DNA of 64,000 bases from Capsulimonadaceae bacterium (lineage in GTDB: Bacteria; Armatimonadota; Armatimonadia; Armatimonadales; Capsulimonadaceae), in contig OZ244065.1 of the NCBI GenBank assembly GCA_965215505.1, forward strand, positions 5,920,001 through 5,984,000, read 5' to 3'. Below, in pieces: positions 20,586-29,055 of this stretch; the first letter of the stretch is position 1; every line of letters begins with the position of its first letter. The position numbers were made by a program, and so were the translations under genes. The notes below the pieces were generated by a model that had not been told where the DNA came from, searched no databases, and saw nothing but the letters and a program-made list of their open reading frames with translations.

Positions 20586-23500
20586 CTATTGCAGCGGGTC
20601 GAACAGCGGCACGATGACGGTGCGCGGCTTGCCGATGGTGGACTGGACGAGCAGTGTGTGACTCTGCTTTCCGGCCGAAGGCAACAGCAGCTTTCGCGCG
20701 GCGGTCAGGCCCAAGCCCGCCGTTTTGTGGCCGTCAATCTCCAGCACTTCGTCGAACGTGTTGAGGGCGGCGCGGACAACGGGGTCGCGCGCCTGCACCT
20801 CGGCGAGTATGACGTGACCGTGGCCCTGCGGGTCCTTCGTTTCCATCAACGTCAGGCCCGTCGTCTTGGTGACAAAGGGGGCGCGGGTGGCCGAGGTGGG
20901 TGCGAAGAAGACGCGGGAGTGCGGGTAGTCGAAGGTGACGACGAACCGGGACAGCAGGGACACGCCGAGCGACCCGGCGTTGATGAGGGACGCGCCGCCC
21001 TTGGGGTCGAGGGAAAAATCGGTGGGCACGCCGCGCAGGGTGACGCCCGCGACTCGGAGGGACCCGGTGCGCGTGACGCGGGAGCGCGAGACGCCGCCGA
21101 TGCCGCCGCCGGTCGTCAGGAGGCCGTGCGGGTACTTCTTGTCCAAGCCATATTGGGCGACGAAGGGGCTGTAGAGCCGCAGGGCGGCTTCATCGCCGGT
21201 GTCAATGAGGAACCTCTGGGGCGGCAGGGCGTCGAACTGGGCGACGACGGAGGGAACGTCATTGTCCAGTTCGAGAGGAAGGGCGACGCCGTCCGAGGCA
21301 GTCGGGTGGAAGGCGTCGGGCCGCAGGAAGGTCAGCTTCTTGCGCGCGAAGTCCAGGCGGACGACGAAATGGGAGAGCAGGTCGTAGCCGACGAAGCCGG
21401 AGATCGGGCGGGTGAAGTAGGAGTTCAGGGTGTCCGGCAGGTCAATCGCGATCGCCGTCACATCGGTGAGCTGGACCGCGCCCGGCACCTCCACGCGGCT
21501 GACGAGGACCGGGTGCAGGTCGGTCGAGCCGCCGTAGCCGCGCGCCTCCAGGAAGCCGCTGCTTTTCAGCCCCAGACGAGTCGCCGTCTGCTGGGAGAGG
21601 GCGATGCCGCTGGCCCCGCTGTCCAGGAAGACGCGGCTGGGCTGCCCGTTGAGCCGCAGGTCGAGTCCGATCTCGCCGTCGTCGGTGTCGAAGGGGACCG
21701 TCGCGGATGTCTGGCCGGGCCTAATGAAGCGGAACTTGTCGCCGCCGGTCGGCGGCGCGAACAGGTCCGGCGGCAGCGTGATGTTGTTCTGGAGCCGGGT
21801 GACTTTCCCGACGATGTCGTAGCGTGCGGTGCCGTTCGTCGTCGTCATGCTGAAGGGAAAGCGCGCCCCGTCCACGGCCCGGTAGTCGCCGTAGCCGGTC
21901 GTCACCAGGATGTTGTCGTCGAGGTGCTGCTCCCGGACGATCAGGAACGTGTGCGGGTCGAAGAAGAGCGTGCTGGGCTTGCCGCCGTCGGGCAGGGCGT
22001 CCACGACCCAGTCGCCCGTTTCGGGGTCCGGCTGGGGGCGCAGGGTCAGCCGGCCGGGGATGCGGCCGGGCAGGACATAGGAATTGGTGTCGAAGAAGAG
22101 CTGGACGCGCAGGTCCTTCAGCTCTTCGCCCGCCAGCGGGCGGACGTTGCCGTTGGTGTCGCGCTGCCAGGCGCTCTTGCCGTCGTAGCCCTGGGTGATA
22201 TCCAGAATCCCGAGCTTGTCCTCCTCGTACTCCCGGTCGGGTGCGGCGTAGATGGTCGTGATCGTCCCCTGGATGCCGCCCGTCGAGACGCTGGAAACGA
22301 CCTTGGTGTTCTTGAGGGCCATGATGACGTCCGCGCCGCCTAGGGCGGTCAGGTGCTTCTGCATCAGCATCGCCAGCGTCATCGGCGGGTCTGTCGGCAC
22401 GGGCGGGGTCATCACGTCCGCCACCAGGGAGAAGTGTGCGCCCCCCGCCCGCGTTCGCAGGGCGCTCGGCAAGGCGGGCGGCACGAGCGGCGCGGGGGCG
22501 GGGGGCGGGGGCGGGCCGGCCGTGAGCTGCATCCGGCTGTGCGCGTAGTCGAACGTCACCTGGAAGCGGTTCAGTACCTGGTTGCCGATCCCGCCGGCGT
22601 TCGTGGAGACGCGGGCGATCCCCGGCCCGGTCAGTGTCGCCACGTCCAGGCCGCTGAACTTCAGGGTCCCGACGCCCATCGTGTGCCCCGGCGTGATCGT
22701 CTCTTGGACCACCCCGCCCACCCCACTGCCGGAGAGAATCCGGGCGCGCGGGTCGTTCGGGCGCGGCAGCAGGCCGTTCGCCTGGGCGTAGTCTCCGTAC
22801 AGGTGGACGCCGCCCGCGTCGCCCGTATCAACCAGGAACCGGGCGGGCGGGTGGCCGTCCACGGAGGCGAGGATCGTCGGCACCCGCCCCTCCAGCTTGA
22901 GCGGGACCGTGACGCCCGCCCCGTCGGGGACGCGCGGCGCGGCGGGGTCGGTCAGGGTGACGGTCTTCTGGGCATAGTCGATCCGCGTGACGAAGCGGGA
23001 AAGCAGCTCGTAGCCGATGCCGCCGTCCACGCGGCCCTGCGCGCTGAGGCGCTTGCCGACATTCGGGTCCTTGATGACGTGCAGGAGCTGGCCGGACAGG
23101 CGGACCGCGCCGCCGAGTTCGAGCGTCGCCTGCGTCGCGATCCCGGTGTCCGAGGAGCCGCCGTACCCGAGGGTGGGCAGGTTGCCCTGCGTGTTCAGCC
23201 CCGCCTCCTGGGCGGCCTGGGCGGTGATGAACGCCCCGCCCGCCCCGCTGTCCAGCAGGAAGCGGAGGGGGTGGCCATTGACCGAGACGAAGACGATGAC
23301 CTCGTTCTCGTCGGTCACGAAAGGGAACGCGGCCTGGGTGGTGGCACCGGGCGTCAGGAACTGCCAGTCTCGCGCCGGCCTCGGCAGCACGAACAGCGAA
23401 GCGACGAGCGTCGCCCGCGTCGCCTGGGTCAGCGCGGCATCAATGGTCAGCGGCAGCCCCGCCGGCTGGATCTGGAGGTGGCTGGGCGTCTGCAACCCGA

Positions 23501-24110
23501 ACAGCGGCTTGTAGGTCAGGATGCTGATCGTCGTGCTGATCCCGCCCTTCCGCACGACCGACTTGCGGATGAGGTACGTCTTCGGGTCCAAATAGATCGT
23601 CTGCTTGGTCCCGCCCTTCGGCAAGACGTCCAGCACATAACACCCCGTCTCGACGTCGCGCCCCGGCCGGAGCGTGATAGTGCCACTGCCGCCTTTGGAG
23701 GTGTGCTTGAGTGGGTCCACGCTTTCGAGCGAGAAGCCGTTGTCGGCCTTGTTCTCGGCCAGCTCCTCGCCGCCCAGGATGCGGACGTTGCCGTTGCCGT
23801 CCTGCTCCCAGGTCGTCTTGCCGTCGCTGCCGGACGTGTTGGAGATCGGCCCCAGCCGGACCTCCGTGCGGCTGCGGTGCTTTGACGCCTCGTAGGTCGT
23901 CATCGTGCCGCTCAGGCCGCCCGCGCTCATCGTGTAGACAGTTTCCTGCATCCCCGTGTCCGGGAAAGCGGTCGGCGAGCCGGTGGCCCGCTGGTGCCGC
24001 GCCAGCACCTCGTTGAGTGTCAGCGCGGCGGGCGGCAGGGCGGCGGCGGGGAGGAGCAGGCAGAGGAGGGACGCGCACAGGAGGGTGCGCTGGAAAAGGG
24101 TGTAGTTCAC
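20586..24110 (-). CDS. Secreted retropepsin-like aspartyl protease, internally duplicated, with degenerate C-terminal PDZ-like region
   Basis: Signal peptide; four catalytic motifs LLDSGA, LVDTGD, FLDSGA and LIDTGD, each with downstream G-x-I/V/L-G motifs. Confidence 0.85.
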   Translation of the reverse strand: MNYTLFQRTLLCASLLCLLLPAAALPPAALTLNEVLARHQRATGSPTAFPDTGMQETVYTMSAGGLSGTMTTYEASKHRSRTEVRLGPISNTSGSDGKTTWEQDGNGNVRILGGEELAENKADNGFSLESVDPLKHTSKGGSGTITLRPGRDVETGCYVLDVLPKGGTKQTIYLDPKTYLIRKSVVRKGGISTTISILTYKPLFGLQTPSHLQIQPAGLPLTIDAALTQATRATLVASLFVLPRPARDWQFLTPGATTQAAFPFVTDENEVIVFVSVNGHPLRFLLDSGAGGAFITAQAAQEAGLNTQGNLPTLGYGGSSDTGIATQATLELGGAVRLSGQLLHVIKDPNVGKRLSAQGRVDGGIGYELLSRFVTRIDYAQKTVTLTDPAAPRVPDGAGVTVPLKLEGRVPTILASVDGHPPARFLVDTGDAGGVHLYGDYAQANGLLPRPNDPRARILSGSGVGGVVQETITPGHTMGVGTLKFSGLDVATLTGPGIARVSTNAGGIGNQVLNRFQVTFDYAHSRMQLTAGPPPPPAPAPLVPPALPSALRTRAGGAHFSLVADVMTPPVPTDPPMTLAMLMQKHLTALGGADVIMALKNTKVVSSVSTGGIQGTITTIYAAPDREYEEDKLGILDITQGYDGKSAWQRDTNGNVRPLAGEELKDLRVQLFFDTNSYVLPGRIPGRLTLRPQPDPETGDWVVDALPDGGKPSTLFFDPHTFLIVREQHLDDNILVTTGYGDYRAVDGARFPFSMTTTNGTARYDIVGKVTRLQNNITLPPDLFAPPTGGDKFRFIRPGQTSATVPFDTDDGEIGLDLRLNGQPSRVFLDSGASGIALSQQTATRLGLKSSGFLEARGYGGSTDLHPVLVSRVEVPGAVQLTDVTAIAIDLPDTLNSYFTRPISGFVGYDLLSHFVVRLDFARKKLTFLRPDAFHPTASDGVALPLELDNDVPSVVAQFDALPPQRFLIDTGDEAALRLYSPFVAQYGLDKKYPHGLLTTGGGIGGVSRSRVTRTGSLRVAGVTLRGVPTDFSLDPKGGASLINAGSLGVSLLSRFVVTFDYPHSRVFFAPTSATRAPFVTKTTGLTLMETKDPQGHGHVILAEVQARDPVVRAALNTFDEVLEIDGHKTAGLGLTAARKLLLPSAGKQSHTLLVQSTIGKPRTVIVPLFDPLQ

Positions 24111-24152
24111 CCCGTTAGTTTACCGCATTCCGCGCCGATTTTTGGTCAGCCC

Positions 24153-24182
24153 TTGACAATCCCCGAAACCGTGTGCTATTAT
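24153..24182 (+). promoter_or_regulatory. Sigma70 promoter of the RNA-repair operon
   Basis: TTGACA (24153) and extended TGcTATTAT -10 (24174-24182); 18-nt spacer. Confidence 0.75.
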
Positions 24183-24195
24183 CTCGCCCGGACCC

Positions 24196-24417
24196 ATGAC
24201 TTCACGAAACCATAACCTGCTCGCGGCGACCCCCGGCATCCAGACACCCTCGTTCTGGTCGCCCCTCGCCGCGTCACGCCTGGCCGACGGTTTCGGTACG
24301 GGCGCGGCGGGCTGTTTCGCGCCCTCCGCCGCCTATCAGCCCGGCCAAGCCATAACCCCAGATTATCCCGCGCCGCCGGTTGCGCCTGCCTCATGTCACC
24401 AGGAGAGACATCCTTAG
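24196..24417 (+). CDS. Putative leader peptide (uORF, 73 aa)
   Basis: ATG lies just downstream of the -10 element; contains rare codons (ATA, AGA, CGA); a terminator follows within 40 nt. Confidence 0.45.
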   Translation: MTSRNHNLLAATPGIQTPSFWSPLAASRLADGFGTGAAGCFAPSAAYQPGQAITPDYPAPPVAPASCHQERHP

Positions 24418-24452
24418 TTTTTCCTCCCCCAACGACATTCAGCAGAGCAATC

Positions 24453-24486
24453 GGCCCCCGGCGCAAAGCCAGGGGCCTTTTTCTTT
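24453..24486 (+). terminator. Intrinsic terminator/attenuator upstream of the tRNA-Tyr and ligase genes
   Basis: GGCCCCcGGC-GCAAA-GCCaGGGGCC stem-loop followed by TTTTTCTTT. Confidence 0.75.
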
Positions 24487-24531
24487 GCCTCTTCGCGTCA
24501 CGGCGAAAGCCACAAAAGCAAGACAGAACAT

Positions 24532-24616
24532 CGGTTGGAGGCAGATACGGTTTGCTGCTCTGGTCTGTAAAACCAGTTCCCGTTGTGGAGTGTGGGTTCG
24601 AATCCCACCCAACCGA
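24532..24616 (+). tRNA. Atypical tRNA-Tyr(GUA), long variable arm
   Basis: Acceptor CGGTTGG/CCAACCG + A73; D stem GCAG/CTGC; anticodon stem CTGGT/ACCAG with GTA at 24567-24569; T arm GTGGG-TTCGAAT-CCCAC. Confidence 0.8.
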
Positions 24617-24649
24617 CTTGACCGACCATTCCGAAGGGAGGCGACGCGA

Positions 24650-25756
24650 ATGAGCGAACTGGAAGTACAGCGATTTTTACGCGGCGGCGGGACGCTCGCA
24701 GATCTGACGGCCACCTACGGCATCAAGGCGAAAGCCGATGTCGATCTCGGCGTCGTCATGCTGAACTACAACCAGATCGCCTCGCCGATGGCCGAAATGA
24801 TCTGCCAGGAGTGCCGCGCCCTGCTGCTCGAAATGGGCACCTGGGACGTGGTTTCGCGGAGCTTCTTCAAGTTCTTCAATCTGGGGGAGCCGAACGCCCA
24901 CGAGGTTGATTGGAAGACGGCGCGGGTGCAGGAAAAGCTGGACGGCAGCCTGGTCTGCCTCTACTTCCACCGAGGGCAGTGGCGGGTCGCGACGAAGGGA
25001 ACGCCGGACGCCTCCGGGCCGGTGAACAGCCACCCGATCACCTTCGCGGACCTGGTCAAGCAGACGCTGGCCGAGATGGGAAGCTCGTTCGAGGGCCTGA
25101 CGGCACATCTCGACCCGGCGGTCTTCTACTCCTTCGAGCTGACCGCGCCTGAGAACCGCATCATCGTCCCCTATGAAGACCGCCGCCTGACCTGGCTGGC
25201 GGCGTGGGATGCGCGGACCTTGGAAGAGCTGGACATTGAGGCGCTGCCCGACCTGCCCACCCCGCGCGTCCGGGAGTACCCGCTGCGGACTCTGGACGAG
25301 GTGATGACGGCGGTGGGGGCCATCGCGCCGTTCGCCGCCGAGGGCTTCATCGTGCGGGACGCGGCCCACCGGCGCGTCAAGATCAAGAGCGCGTCCTACC
25401 TGATGGTGGACCGCATCCTGAGTGCCCTCAGCACGCCCCGCCGCAAGGTGGAAGCGGTGCTGTCCGCGCAGTTCGACGACATGGTGCCGCAGCTCCCGCC
25501 CCAAGTGCGGGACGAGATGCTGTCGCTCCAGGCACATCTGGTGGCGTTCCGCCGGGAGGTGGCGGAGACGTTCGAGGCGCTTGCCGGGATCGAGGACCGG
25601 CGCGGGTTCGCGGCGGAGGCCTTGCGCCACCCGTTCTCGCCGATGCTGTTCTGGCTGCGGGACGGCAACGACATGGATGAGTGCTTCAGGCGGCTCCACC
25701 CGGACCGCCTGGTGGAATGGCTGGCGGTCGCGCCCGCCGGGGCGGAGGAGGAATAG
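24650..25756 (+). CDS. T4 Rnl1-like ATP-dependent RNA ligase
   Basis: ECRALL, SRSFFKFFN, QEKLDGS (motif I), FEL, EGFIV and VKIKS motifs. SD GGGAGG before ATG at 24650. Confidence 0.88.
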   Translation: MSELEVQRFLRGGGTLADLTATYGIKAKADVDLGVVMLNYNQIASPMAEMICQECRALLLEMGTWDVVSRSFFKFFNLGEPNAHEVDWKTARVQEKLDGSLVCLYFHRGQWRVATKGTPDASGPVNSHPITFADLVKQTLAEMGSSFEGLTAHLDPAVFYSFELTAPENRIIVPYEDRRLTWLAAWDARTLEELDIEALPDLPTPRVREYPLRTLDEVMTAVGAIAPFAAEGFIVRDAAHRRVKIKSASYLMVDRILSALSTPRRKVEAVLSAQFDDMVPQLPPQVRDEMLSLQAHLVAFRREVAETFEALAGIEDRRGFAAEALRHPFSPMLFWLRDGNDMDECFRRLHPDRLVEWLAVAPAGAEEE

Positions 25757-25759
25757 GAA

Positions 25760-26770
25760 ATGTCTACGCTTATCGTGGAGGTCTGCAAAATCGAAAAAGT
25801 GCTGGCGCATGACAACGCGGACGCGCTGGATCTGGCTCAAATCAAGGGCTGGCAGTGCGTCATCCCGAAGGGGAAGTACGCGCCGGGCGACCTGGTGACC
25901 TACATCCCCATTGATGCGGTCATCCCGGCCGAGCATTCGGACCGCTGGGGCATCACCAAGTACCTGTCCAACGGGCGGGTCCGGTGCGCGCGCCTGCGCG
26001 GCGAGCCGAGCTTCGGCGTCATCGTGGACCGCGACAATAAAGAATGGCCGGAGGGTAGGGACATCCAGGACTTCTACGGCATCACCAAGTACGTCCCGCC
26101 GGTCAAGATCAGCGCGGGCGACGCCGCCCCGTCCCACCCGCTGTTCGTCGAGTACACGGACGTCGAGAACCTGCGGAACTTCCCCGCCGTCTTCACGGAA
26201 GGCGAGGAGGTGTCGGTGTCGGAGAAGATTCATGGGACATCATGCCGGTTGGGGCTGGTCGAGGGCGAGTGGATGGCCGGCTCCATGTCGGTGCGCCGAC
26301 GCCGGCCCGAGGAGCTGTCGGGGAGCATCTACTGGCAGCCGATGGCCCTGCCGGATGTCGAGGCCCTGCTGAGTCACCTGGGCGCCTCGCACCGGCAGGT
26401 GATCCTGTACGGCGAGGTCTTCGGCAGCAAGGTCCAGAGCCTGGCCTATGGTCAGACCGGGGCGACCGGCTTCCGCGCCTTCGACCTACTGGCCGACGGC
26501 AAGTACCTGGACGCAGACGACTTCGCGGCCTTGTGCGCGCGGTTCGAGGTACTCGCCGTCCCCGTCCTGTACCGGGGGCCGTACAGCCTGGAGACAGTCA
26601 AGGCGCTGTCCGAGGGCGCGACGACCTTGGGCGCGGACCACATCCGCGAGGGCGTCGTCGTCCGCCCGGTGCGGGAGCGCAATGACCCGAAGGTGGGCCG
26701 GGTCTGCCTGAAATACATCGGCGACCCGTACCTGTTCGCCAAGAACGTCACGGACAGCCACGACGTTTGA
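25760..26770 (+). CDS. RNA ligase, DRB0094/DraRnl family
   Basis: N-terminal HDNADALDLAQIKGWQCV...RLRGEPSFG; SEKIHGT, LYGEVFG, FRAFD, REGVV and LKYI motifs. Confidence 0.88.
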   Translation: MSTLIVEVCKIEKVLAHDNADALDLAQIKGWQCVIPKGKYAPGDLVTYIPIDAVIPAEHSDRWGITKYLSNGRVRCARLRGEPSFGVIVDRDNKEWPEGRDIQDFYGITKYVPPVKISAGDAAPSHPLFVEYTDVENLRNFPAVFTEGEEVSVSEKIHGTSCRLGLVEGEWMAGSMSVRRRRPEELSGSIYWQPMALPDVEALLSHLGASHRQVILYGEVFGSKVQSLAYGQTGATGFRAFDLLADGKYLDADDFAALCARFEVLAVPVLYRGPYSLETVKALSEGATTLGADHIREGVVVRPVRERNDPKVGRVCLKYIGDPYLFAKNVTDSHDV

Positions 26771-26791
26771 CATTTCGAGAAAGGGAAAAAC

Positions 26792-27211
26792 ATGGAAAAG
26801 GAAAACATCAAGATCTTCGGAGACCACGAGGAGTCCACGTTGGCCCAGATCACGCGCTCGGCCTCCCCCGAGTCGGTCCGAGGCGCCGTCCTGTGCGCGG
26901 ACGGCCACAAGGGCTACGCCGTGCCCATCGGGGGCGTGATCGCCTACGAGGACAAGATCAGCCCGTCCGGAATAGGGTTCGATATCGCCTGCGGCAACAA
27001 AGCCGTGCGCCTGGACGTTCCCGCCTCGCAGGTGCGGGGCAAGATCAAGAAGATCATGGATGACGTCTGGAGCCACCTGGAATTTGGCATCGGTCGGACG
27101 AACGACACGCATGTGGACCACGAGCTGTTCGACGACGAGGCATGGAAGCTGTCGCCGATGAAGTCGCTAAAGCAGATGGCCCGCAACCAGCTTGGGACAA
27201 TCGGCAGCGGT
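26792..27211 (+). CDS. rtcB: RtcB RNA ligase, exon 1 (140 codons)
   Basis: ADGHKGYAVPIGG and GFDIACG motifs; ends QLGTIGSG. Confidence 0.92.
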
Positions 27212-27471
27212 GTCAGCCGCCTCGCATTGTAAGATGCGATGAGAAACCCGTCCAAATCGGGAAACGCCTGTGAGGGTAATTCCGAGGGAAGTGCGCTGGC
27301 GCGAGCCAACACCCCGTAGAGAGCAGAGGGACTTGGGCAGCCTGGGAACAGGCTGAAGGTGTGCTCCGAACTGCATGGAAAACGAACATGCAGAGCCAGG
27401 CGGAAACGACCTGGATGGTTTTGCTTTTTCGCGGCAGGAACCGCATAAAAAGCAAAACAGATAACAGACTG
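27212..27471 (+). ncRNA. Group I self-splicing intron (260 nt, no homing endonuclease ORF)
   Basis: Exon ends in U with P1 GCGGU/GCCGC (U-G wobble); intron ends in G; P/Q/R/S-like elements; P7 GAGCA/UGCUC; removal restores GSG|NHY in frame. Confidence 0.85.
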
Positions 27472-28227
27472 AACCACTATGTGGACATCTTCGCCGATGA
27501 GCAGGACCGGACCTGGATCGGCGCGCACTTCGGATCGCGCGGGCTGGGGCACAAGACGGCGACCTTCTTCCTGGAGGCGGGCGGGGCGAAGGACGGCATG
27601 GACGTGGACCCTCTGGTCCTCGACGTGCGCTCGTCGCTCGGCGGCGACTACCTCGCCTGCATGGCCCTGGCCGGGCGCTACGCCTACGCGGGGCGCGACT
27701 GGGTCTGCGCCGAGGTGGCGCGGCTGCTGGGGGCGAACATCCTGGAGGAAGTACACAACCACCACAACTTCGCCTGGAAGGAGACGCACGGCGGGCGGGA
27801 CCTGTGGGTGGTCCGCAAGGGGGCGACGCCGGCCTTCCCCGGCCAGAAGGGATTCGTTGGCGGCTCGATGGGGGACCAGTCGGTCATCCTGGAGGGCCTG
27901 GCTTCGGACGAGGCGACGGACGCGCTGCATTCGACGGTGCATGGTGCGGGCCGCGTGATGAGCCGGACGCAGGCGCGCGGCAAGGTCAACCGCAAGACGG
28001 GCCAGGTGATCTCGCCGGGCGTGGTCTCGCGCGCGATGATGCAGGAGTGGCTGCGCGAGAAGAACGTCGAGCTGCGCGGCGCGGGCACGGACGAGTCGCC
28101 GCATTGTTACAAACGGCTTCCGGACGTGCTGGCGCACCACGCCGGGTCCATCCGCGTCCTGCACACGCTGACGCCGCTCGGCGTGGCGATGGCAGGCGAG
28201 GACGTGGCAGACCCGTTTCGGGACTAG
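27472..28227 (+). CDS. rtcB: RtcB RNA ligase, exon 2 (spliced product 391 aa)
   Basis: Begins NHYVD; HFGSRGLG, HNHHN, VRKGATPA, GSMG, STVHGAGR and DESPHCYK motifs. Confidence 0.92.
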   Translation, partial: NHYVDIFADEQDRTWIGAHFGSRGLGHKTATFFLEAGGAKDGMDVDPLVLDVRSSLGGDYLACMALAGRYAYAGRDWVCAEVARLLGANILEEVHNHHNFAWKETHGGRDLWVVRKGATPAFPGQKGFVGGSMGDQSVILEGLASDEATDALHSTVHGAGRVMSRTQARGKVNRKTGQVISPGVVSRAMMQEWLREKNVELRGAGTDESPHCYKRLPDVLAHHAGSIRVLHTLTPLGVAMAGEDVADPFRD

Positions 28228-28231
28228 GCTC

Positions 28232-28261
28232 ACACCCGGCCCTTCCGGGCCGGGTGTTTTT
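28232..28261 (+). terminator. Terminator-like hairpin between rtcB and tRNA-Ile
   Basis: ACACCCGGCCC-TTCC-GGGCCGGGTGT followed by Ts. Confidence 0.65.
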
Positions 28262-28263
28262 CT

Positions 28264-28336
28264 GCTTCCGTCGCTTAACTGGACAAAGCGCGCCCCTTAT
28301 AAGAGCGTGATCCGGGTTCGAGTCCCGGCGGGAGTA
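28264..28336 (+). tRNA. tRNA-Ile(UAU) or tRNA-like RNA
   Basis: Acceptor GCTTCCG/CGGGAGT + A73; D stem GCTT/AAGC; anticodon loop CTTATAA (TAT at 28298-28300); T arm CCGGG-TTCGAGT-CCCGG. Confidence 0.78.
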
Positions 28337-28338
28337 GC

Positions 28339-29055
28339 CTATGAGCCGTGGGTCTTGGCCGGATGAGCGGGCTTGCGCTTGGCCGTGACGGAGGCGGCGG
28401 GCTTGTGGGGCTTTGTATGGGACACGGGGCTGACGAGGAACGTGACCGGCGTGAGGGCGGTGACGCTGCCGTCCGCCATCAGGGCGCTGGCCCCGAGCGT
28501 GTGGTCGCCGGGGCGGAAGAGGGAGGTGTCTATCGTCACTTTGCCCGACCCGTCCACCGTCAGGGGCGTCGGGGCACCGTCGAGGCTGAGGGTGAACTTC
28601 TGCGCCGTGAGCGCCCCCGTCGGCGTAATCGTGACGCTGGTCTTGCCGACGATGGTTTCCACCTTCATCGTGAAGGGCACGGCGTCGATGAGCTTGACGT
28701 TGTAGCGAGTCATCCGGGTGACCGCCCCGCCCCCCCGGCTCCAGTAGACCGCGATCTGCTCGGTCGGGTCGTGTTCGATGGCCGTGTTCCACACCAGCTT
28801 CCACGAGTCCAGGAAGTCGCCCTTGGTGAACTCGCCGTAGTCGTTGCGGAGGGCGAACGTGGTCATCATCATCTGCTGGCTGATCGTCCCCTGGAACACG
28901 ACGAGGGTGCCCCGCACGACCGTGAGCGGGATGGGGGTTGGGGACGGCTTGACCAGCACGGTCACGGTCGGTGCCTGGGCGGACGCCGCGCCACCGAAGC
29001 CGTAGACCGCAAAAATTACGAGGGCGGGGATGAGAGCCTGAGTGATAGCCTTCAT
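28339..29055 (-). CDS. Exported hypothetical protein with Ig-like C-terminal region
   Basis: Signal peptide ending ASA; beta-rich sequence; GC-biased third codon positions. Confidence 0.65.
   Translation of the reverse strand: MKAITQALIPALVIFAVYGFGGAASAQAPTVTVLVKPSPTPIPLTVVRGTLVVFQGTISQQMMMTTFALRNDYGEFTKGDFLDSWKLVWNTAIEHDPTEQIAVYWSRGGGAVTRMTRYNVKLIDAVPFTMKVETIVGKTSVTITPTGALTAQKFTLSLDGAPTPLTVDGSGKVTIDTSLFRPGDHTLGASALMADGSVTALTPVTFLVSPVSHTKPHKPAASVTAKRKPAHPAKTHGS

Noticed and set aside
24613-24619. Missing encoded CCA as evidence that the operon tRNAs are pseudogenes
   Set aside because: The canonical tRNA-Asp in this window also lacks an encoded CCA, so the absence is uninformative.
24380-24649. 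N-terminal extension of the Rnl1-like ORF
   Set aside because: It runs through the terminator and tRNA-Tyr. A good SD precedes ATG 24650.
27212-27471. rtcB split as an intein, programmed frameshift or simple pseudogene
   Set aside because: The insert is 260 nt (not a multiple of 3) with an in-frame stop and no RtcB-like coding. Both exons are intact and the insert has group I structural elements.
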